Assembly: GCA_902519375.1 (NCBI GenBank)
Contig: CABYJS010000003.1
Location: 12,837-76,836 of the forward strand
DNA length: 64,000 bases
Reading direction: 5' to 3'
Origin: an uncultured Pelagibacteraceae bacterium
Lineage (GTDB): Bacteria > Pseudomonadota > Alphaproteobacteria > Pelagibacterales > Pelagibacteraceae
Made by a program: the position numbers and the translations under genes. Shown in pieces: positions 58,761 through 64,000 of the stretch (positions within the stretch are counted from its first letter, which is position 1; the number at the start of each line of letters is the position of its first letter). The notes beneath the pieces were generated by a model. It saw only the letters and a program-made list of their open reading frames with translations, did not search any database and had not been told where the DNA came from.

Positions 58761-60167
58761 ATGAAAGTAACTATAGAAAATAAAAAAGGTCTGAACAAAG
58801 ATGTAAAAGTATTTGTCGATAAAAAGACAATGGGTAATCATATAGATAAAAAGTATGAAGAAATAAAAGGAACTGTTAACCTCAAAGGTTTTAGACCAGG
58901 AAAAGTTCCTAAAGAGGTTTTAAAAAGACAGTTTGGAAAAACAGTTTTTAATGAGGTTTTAGAAAAAGTTTTAAAAGATACCTCAACTAGGGCCTTAGAA
59001 GAAAATAAAATAAAACCAGCTGGACAACCAAAATTAGATCTAAAAACTTATGGAGAAGATAAAGATTTAGAATACATCCTGTCTGTTACAGAACTTCCTA
59101 AGGTCGAGTTAAAATCTATCGAAAAGATTAAATTTGATGATTATAATGTTAAAATTGACAATAAAGAAACTGATAAAAGAATTCAAGATATAGCAAAAAA
59201 TCAACCAAACTTTAAAGATGCAACAAATGAAAGTAAAGCAAAGGAAAAAGATTTAGTTGTTTTTGATTATACAGCAACTGTAGATGATAAACCTTTCAAA
59301 GGTGGTGAGGGCAAGAATACTCAGTTAACATTAGGCAAAGACTTATTTTTAAAAGGTTTTGATAAACAATTAATCGGTGTTAAAAAAGGTGAGGACAAAG
59401 TAGTTGAAGCAGTACTGCCTGAGAATTTTCCTGAAAAAGATTTAATTAATAAAAAAGCAAAATTTAATTGTAAGATCATTAATATTAAAAATCCTGAAGA
59501 TGTAAAAATAGATGATGATTTTGCAAAAAACTTAGGTGCAAAAGATTTAAAGGATTTAAAAAAATTAATTTCAAAACAAATAAATGATGAATACAAGAAT
59601 TCTTTAGACAGATTAACAAAAAAGCAAATCATTAAAGAAATTGAAAAAGTTAAAGTTGATGAAATACCTGAAAATCTTATTGAAGATGAAATAAAAATTC
59701 TTTCTCAAGGAATGGGTGATGAAGATGCAAAAAAAAATAGAAAAAATTTTGAAGAGGTTGCTAAAAAAAGAATAAAGGTCGGTTTGGTTTTAAATGAATT
59801 TGGAGAAAAAAATCAAATTAAAGTTACCGAACAAGAATTACAAGCTGAAGTTCAAAAACAGATTAGAATGATGCCTGGGCAAGAAAAAATGGTTATGGAC
59901 TTTTATCAAAAAAATCCATCAGCAATATCGAGCTTGAGAGGTACAGTATACGAGGATAAAATTTTAAATTTAGTGAAAGAAAAAGCTCAATCGAATAAAA
60001 AAGAGATCTCAAAAGATGAGGCAGAAAAAATTTTAAAAGACTCTCAAAAACAAGAACTAGATGAATATAGAGTGACCAAGAAGACAGAAAAAAAACCTGA
60101 GAAAAAGCTCGAAACTAAAAAATCCTCCATTAAAAAAACTAAAATAAAAAAAGTTAGCAAAAAGTAA
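58761..60167 (+). CDS. tig: Trigger factor (true start MKVTIE at 58761)
   Basis: GFRPGKVP ribosome-binding motif and FKBP domain; the track's N-terminal extension is tRNA sequence. Confidence 0.95.
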   Translation: MKVTIENKKGLNKDVKVFVDKKTMGNHIDKKYEEIKGTVNLKGFRPGKVPKEVLKRQFGKTVFNEVLEKVLKDTSTRALEENKIKPAGQPKLDLKTYGEDKDLEYILSVTELPKVELKSIEKIKFDDYNVKIDNKETDKRIQDIAKNQPNFKDATNESKAKEKDLVVFDYTATVDDKPFKGGEGKNTQLTLGKDLFLKGFDKQLIGVKKGEDKVVEAVLPENFPEKDLINKKAKFNCKIINIKNPEDVKIDDDFAKNLGAKDLKDLKKLISKQINDEYKNSLDRLTKKQIIKEIEKVKVDEIPENLIEDEIKILSQGMGDEDAKKNRKNFEEVAKKRIKVGLVLNEFGEKNQIKVTEQELQAEVQKQIRMMPGQEKMVMDFYQKNPSAISSLRGTVYEDKILNLVKEKAQSNKKEISKDEAEKILKDSQKQELDEYRVTKKTEKKPEKKLETKKSSIKKTKIKKVSKK

Positions 60168-60199
60168 TCTCAAGTTGTATAAGTAAAACGAATCAATTT

Positions 60200-60811
60200 A
60201 TGACAAATAAATTTTTTGAACAAATGAGTAATCTTGTACCTATGGTTGTTGAACAATCAAACAAAGGTGAAAGAGCCTATGATATTTATTCAAGACTTCT
60301 TAAGGAGAGAATTATTTTTTTAACTGGTCAAATTAATGACAACGTCGCATCATTAGTTACAGCTCAACTTCTTTTTTTAGAAGCCGAAGATCCAAAAAAA
60401 GAAATTTCTTTATATATAAATAGTCCAGGCGGCTTAGTAACTGCAGGTTTAGGTATCTATGATACTATGCAATATGTTAAACCAAATATTTCTACATTAT
60501 GTATTGGTCAAGCGGCTTCAATGGGATCTTTTTTATTATCTGCTGGGTCTAAAGGAAAAAGATTTTCTCTACCTAATTCTAGAATAATGGTTCATCAGCC
60601 TTCAGCTGGATTTCAAGGCCAAGCAACAGATATAGAAATACATGCTAAAGAAGTTTTGTCCTTAAAAAAAAGATTAAATGAAATATATTCTAAACATACA
60701 GGAAAATCAGTTGATGAAATTAAAGTTGCACTAGAGAGAGACAATTTTATGACCGCAGATATCGCAAAATCTTTTGGTTTAATAGATGAAGTGGTAGAAA
60801 ATAGATCCTAG
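60200..60811 (+). CDS. clpP: ATP-dependent Clp protease proteolytic subunit
   Basis: [32 protein letters not shown]. Confidence 0.98.
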   Translation: MTNKFFEQMSNLVPMVVEQSNKGERAYDIYSRLLKERIIFLTGQINDNVASLVTAQLLFLEAEDPKKEISLYINSPGGLVTAGLGIYDTMQYVKPNISTLCIGQAASMGSFLLSAGSKGKRFSLPNSRIMVHQPSAGFQGQATDIEIHAKEVLSLKKRLNEIYSKHTGKSVDEIKVALERDNFMTADIAKSFGLIDEVVENRS

Positions 60812-60900
60812 AACACTATATATTGAAATATAAAGATTAGAAACTTGATTACAGGGAGTCATTTATAATAAAGTAATCATATTGATTCGTTTTAAAAATT

Positions 60901-62169
60901 ATGAACACAAATAATAAAAATATTCTTTATTGTTCTTTCTGTGGAAAGAGCCAACATGAGGTTCGAAAGCTAATAGCTGGTCCTACAGTATTTATATGTG
61001 ATGAGTGTGTAGAACTATGTATGGATATCATAAAAGAGGAAAGCAAAGATACATTTGTAAAACATCAAGATGGTCTTCCATCACCAAAAGAAATTTGTAA
61101 CGTTTTAGATGATTATGTAATTGGTCAAACTCATGCAAAAAAAGTTTTATCAGTAGCGGTTCATAATCACTATAAAAGGTTAAATTATGAAAATAAAACA
61201 AGTAAAAACGTCGAACTTGCAAAATCTAATATTCTATTAGTGGGTCCAACAGGTTGTGGAAAAACATTATTAGCACAAACTTTAGCTAGAATTTTAGATG
61301 TTCCATTTACGATGGCTGATGCAACTACTCTCACTGAAGCTGGATATGTAGGTGAAGATGTAGAAAACATTATATTAAAATTATTGCAAGCAGCAGATTA
61401 CAATGTTGAAAAAGCTCAAAGAGGAATTGTTTATATTGATGAAGTAGACAAGATAAGTAGAAAATCGGAAAATCCGTCAATCACAAGAGATGTGTCTGGT
61501 GAAGGAGTTCAACAAGCTTTATTAAAGATTATGGAAGGTACAGTTGCTAGTGTACCCCCACAAGGAGGTAGAAAACATCCTCAACAAGAATTTTTACAAG
61601 TCGACACTACTAATATTTTATTTATTTGTGGTGGTGCTTTTGCAGGACTTGATAAAATTATATCCCAAAGAGATAAAGGTACTTCCATAGGCTTTGGAGC
61701 TGACGTTAAAAATACACAAGATAAAAAAACTGGTGAGTGGATGAAAAGTTTGGAACCTGAAGATCTTTTGAGATATGGTTTGATTCCAGAGTTTATTGGA
61801 AGATTGCCAATGATTGCAACATTAGAGGATTTAGATGAGAAATCTTTAGTGAAAATTCTTCAAGAGCCAAAAAATTCACTTGTAAAACAATATCAAGAAT
61901 TATTTAAGTTAGATGGATCAAAACTTACTTTTAAAGATAATGCCCTGAAAGAAATAGCGCTTAAAGCTATTAGAAAAAAAACTGGAGCAAGGGGTTTAAG
62001 ATCCATTTTAGAGAATATATTACTCAAAACTATGTATGATCTTCCAAGTCAAGACAATATTGAAGAAGTAATTGTGGATGCGTCATCAGTGAAAGGACAA
62101 TCTCAACCAATAATAGTACATTCTAAAGCTGATAGTAAACCTAAATCAAGTAAGACCACAGCGGCTTAA
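60901..62169 (+). CDS. clpX: Clp protease ATP-binding subunit
   Basis: CSFCGK...CDEC zinc domain, [15 protein letters not shown] loop. Confidence 0.98.
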   Translation: MNTNNKNILYCSFCGKSQHEVRKLIAGPTVFICDECVELCMDIIKEESKDTFVKHQDGLPSPKEICNVLDDYVIGQTHAKKVLSVAVHNHYKRLNYENKTSKNVELAKSNILLVGPTGCGKTLLAQTLARILDVPFTMADATTLTEAGYVGEDVENIILKLLQAADYNVEKAQRGIVYIDEVDKISRKSENPSITRDVSGEGVQQALLKIMEGTVASVPPQGGRKHPQQEFLQVDTTNILFICGGAFAGLDKIISQRDKGTSIGFGADVKNTQDKKTGEWMKSLEPEDLLRYGLIPEFIGRLPMIATLEDLDEKSLVKILQEPKNSLVKQYQELFKLDGSKLTFKDNALKEIALKAIRKKTGARGLRSILENILLKTMYDLPSQDNIEEVIVDASSVKGQSQPIIVHSKADSKPKSSKTTAA

Positions 62170-62230
62170 TAACATTAATAAAAGTGAAAAAGGTATTGCA
62201 AAATAAAATATAATATCCATATTCTACTAT

Positions 62231-64000
62231 ATGGACGTCAAAATTTCATTACCGTTGTTACCTCTAAGAGACATCGTTGTGTTTCCAAGCATGGTTATAC
62301 CTCTTTTTGTTGGAAGAGATAAATCTATATCTGCACTAAATGAAGTAATGAAAAAAGATAAAAAAATTATCCTAGTTACACAAAAAAATTCAGAAATAGA
62401 TGACCCAAAGAAAACTGATATATTTATGTATGGCTGTGAGGGAAATATATTACAATTATTAAAATTACCAGATGGAACTGTAAAAGTTTTGGTTGAAGGT
62501 ATTAAAAGAGTTAAAATTTTAGAATTTAAGGACAATGATAAATTTATTACTTGTGAATTTACACCCTCTAATGACGAATTGGTTGAAGGAGAGGATTTAT
62601 ATCCTTTGGCTGTTACTGCTGTTAGAAGACTAGAAAAACTAACCTCAATTAATAAGAAAATATCATCTGAAACTATAAACACTATAAAGCAATTGAAAGA
62701 TCCATCGCAAATTGCTGATAACATCGCTTCACATATAATTGCGACTATTTCAGAAAAACAACAAATCTTTGAGACATCAAACGTTAAAAAAAGATTGAAT
62801 TTAATAATTAAGATAATGGAAAATGAAACTAGTATTATAGGTGTTGAAAAAAGAATAAGAGGTAGAGTAAAGAATCAGATGGAAAAAACCCAAAGAGAAT
62901 ATTACTTAAACGAACAACTTAAAGCTATCCAAAAGGAGTTAGGTGAAATTGAGGATGGAAAAGACGAAAGTACGAGCCTTAATAAAGCTATTTTAAAAGC
63001 TAAAATGCCAAAAGAAGTTGAAAAAAAATGTTTACAGGAACTTAAAAAATTAAAAAATATGAGTCCAATGTCTGCAGAGGCTACAGTAGTTAGAAATTAT
63101 TTAGATTGGATGACAGAATTACCATGGAATAAAAAAAGTGAAGTTGACATTGATTTAACAAAAGCTTTAAATATTCTTGATAAAGATCACTTTGGATTAG
63201 AAAAAGTTAAAGATAGAATTATTGAATTTTTAGCGGTCCAAAAAAGAATGGAAAAAATTAAGGGACCAATTTTATGTTTGGTTGGACCTCCTGGAGTAGG
63301 CAAAACATCTTTAGGAAAATCTATTGCAAAAGCAACTAATAGAGAATTTGTTAGAATGTCGGTTGGTGGCATGAGAGATGAGGCAGAAATCAGAGGACAT
63401 AGACGAACCTATATTGGATCCTTACCAGGAAAAATAATCCAAATGATGAAAAAAGCTGGAACTAAAAATCCTTTAATCTTATTGGATGAAATTGATAAAA
63501 TTGGTAATGATTATAGAGGTGATCCGTCATCAGCTCTATTAGAGGCTCTAGATCCTGAGCAAAACACGACATTTAATGATCATTATCTAGAGGTTGATTA
63601 TGACTTATCGGATGTTATGTTTGTAACTACAGCAAACACTTTAAATATACTTCCACCCCTATTAGATAGAATGGAGGTTATTAGATTAGCTGGCTATACA
63701 GAGGACGAAAAAATAAATATAGCGAATAAATTTTTACTTCCCAAACAAATTAAGGATAATGGTGTAAAAGAAAATGAAATGAATTTAGAAAATGATATTA
63801 TCAAAGAAATAATCAGAAGTTATACTAAAGAGTCAGGTGTAAGGAACCTTGAAAGAGAAATATCAAAAGTTGCGAGAAAAGTTGTAAAAAAAGTTGTTGC
63901 AGGTGAGGAAAAAGAAGTAGTTGTTAATCATAAAAACCTATCAGATTTTTTAGGTATACCGAAATTTAAATCAGGTGAATTAGAATTAGAAAATAGAATT
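62231..64000 (+). CDS. lon: Lon protease, 3' end outside the window
   Basis: Manual translation MDVKISLPLLPLRDIVVFPSMVIPLFVGR..., QREYYLNEQ, GPPGVGKTS, DEAEIRGHRRTYIG, LDRMEVI. Confidence 0.95.
   Translation, partial: MDVKISLPLLPLRDIVVFPSMVIPLFVGRDKSISALNEVMKKDKKIILVTQKNSEIDDPKKTDIFMYGCEGNILQLLKLPDGTVKVLVEGIKRVKILEFKDNDKFITCEFTPSNDELVEGEDLYPLAVTAVRRLEKLTSINKKISSETINTIKQLKDPSQIADNIASHIIATISEKQQIFETSNVKKRLNLIIKIMENETSIIGVEKRIRGRVKNQMEKTQREYYLNEQLKAIQKELGEIEDGKDESTSLNKAILKAKMPKEVEKKCLQELKKLKNMSPMSAEATVVRNYLDWMTELPWNKKSEVDIDLTKALNILDKDHFGLEKVKDRIIEFLAVQKRMEKIKGPILCLVGPPGVGKTSLGKSIAKATNREFVRMSVGGMRDEAEIRGHRRTYIGSLPGKIIQMMKKAGTKNPLILLDEIDKIGNDYRGDPSSALLEALDPEQNTTFNDHYLEVDYDLSDVMFVTTANTLNILPPLLDRMEVIRLAGYTEDEKINIANKFLLPKQIKDNGVKENEMNLENDIIKEIIRSYTKESGVRNLEREISKVARKVVKKVVAGEEKEVVVNHKNLSDFLGIPKFKSGELELENRI

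Noticed and set aside
2935-63372. Many 60-165 aa ORFs antisense to or inside recognised genes (e.g. 3250-3522, 4424-4771, 25331-25669, 59321-59632, 62227-62724, 63187-63372)
   Set aside because: Shadow ORFs of well-supported genes, including lon, with no motifs of their own
1-64000. CRISPR arrays, transposases, integrases, prophage or recognisable anti-phage defence genes
   Set aside because: No repeat-spacer pattern and no diagnostic motifs were seen in any ORF

Overview
AT-rich, gene-dense alphaproteobacterial chromosome segment. Gene content, tiny or overlapping intergenic spaces and the tRNA-Leu-tig-clpP-clpX-lon block point to Candidatus Pelagibacter (SAR11); this taxonomy is inference. 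Left to right it carries: cell-surface glycan genes (partial nucleotide-sugar dehydrogenase, two GT-C-like membrane proteins, a methyltransferase); a taurine-type ABC transporter with omega-aminotransferase and ald; a GcvT-family flavoprotein; a tandem-HTH protein with two small tail-anchored proteins; tRNA-Met; an apt/mtnP/mtnA/aldolase/speD-speE cluster; a cis-CaaD-like tautomerase; rpoZ; a class III CoA-transferase with a TRAP transporter and malonyl-CoA decarboxylase; a GMC oxidoreductase with a second TRAP; tRNA-Leu, tig, clpP, clpX and the 5' part of lon. No mobile elements or CRISPR were seen. The best leads are: (1) a possible ATP-free malonate module (TRAP + YfdE-like CoA-transferase + malonyl-CoA decarboxylase, no matB in the window); (2) a GC-rich two-hairpin candidate sRNA at about 40742-40815 whose loop matches transporter ribosome-binding sites; (3) a tautomerase with all six cis-CaaD catalytic residues in register; (4) a DUF1289 gene broken by one in-frame TAA; (5) four small ORFs missing from the ORF track. 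All family assignments come from recognising motifs by eye, not from database searches.
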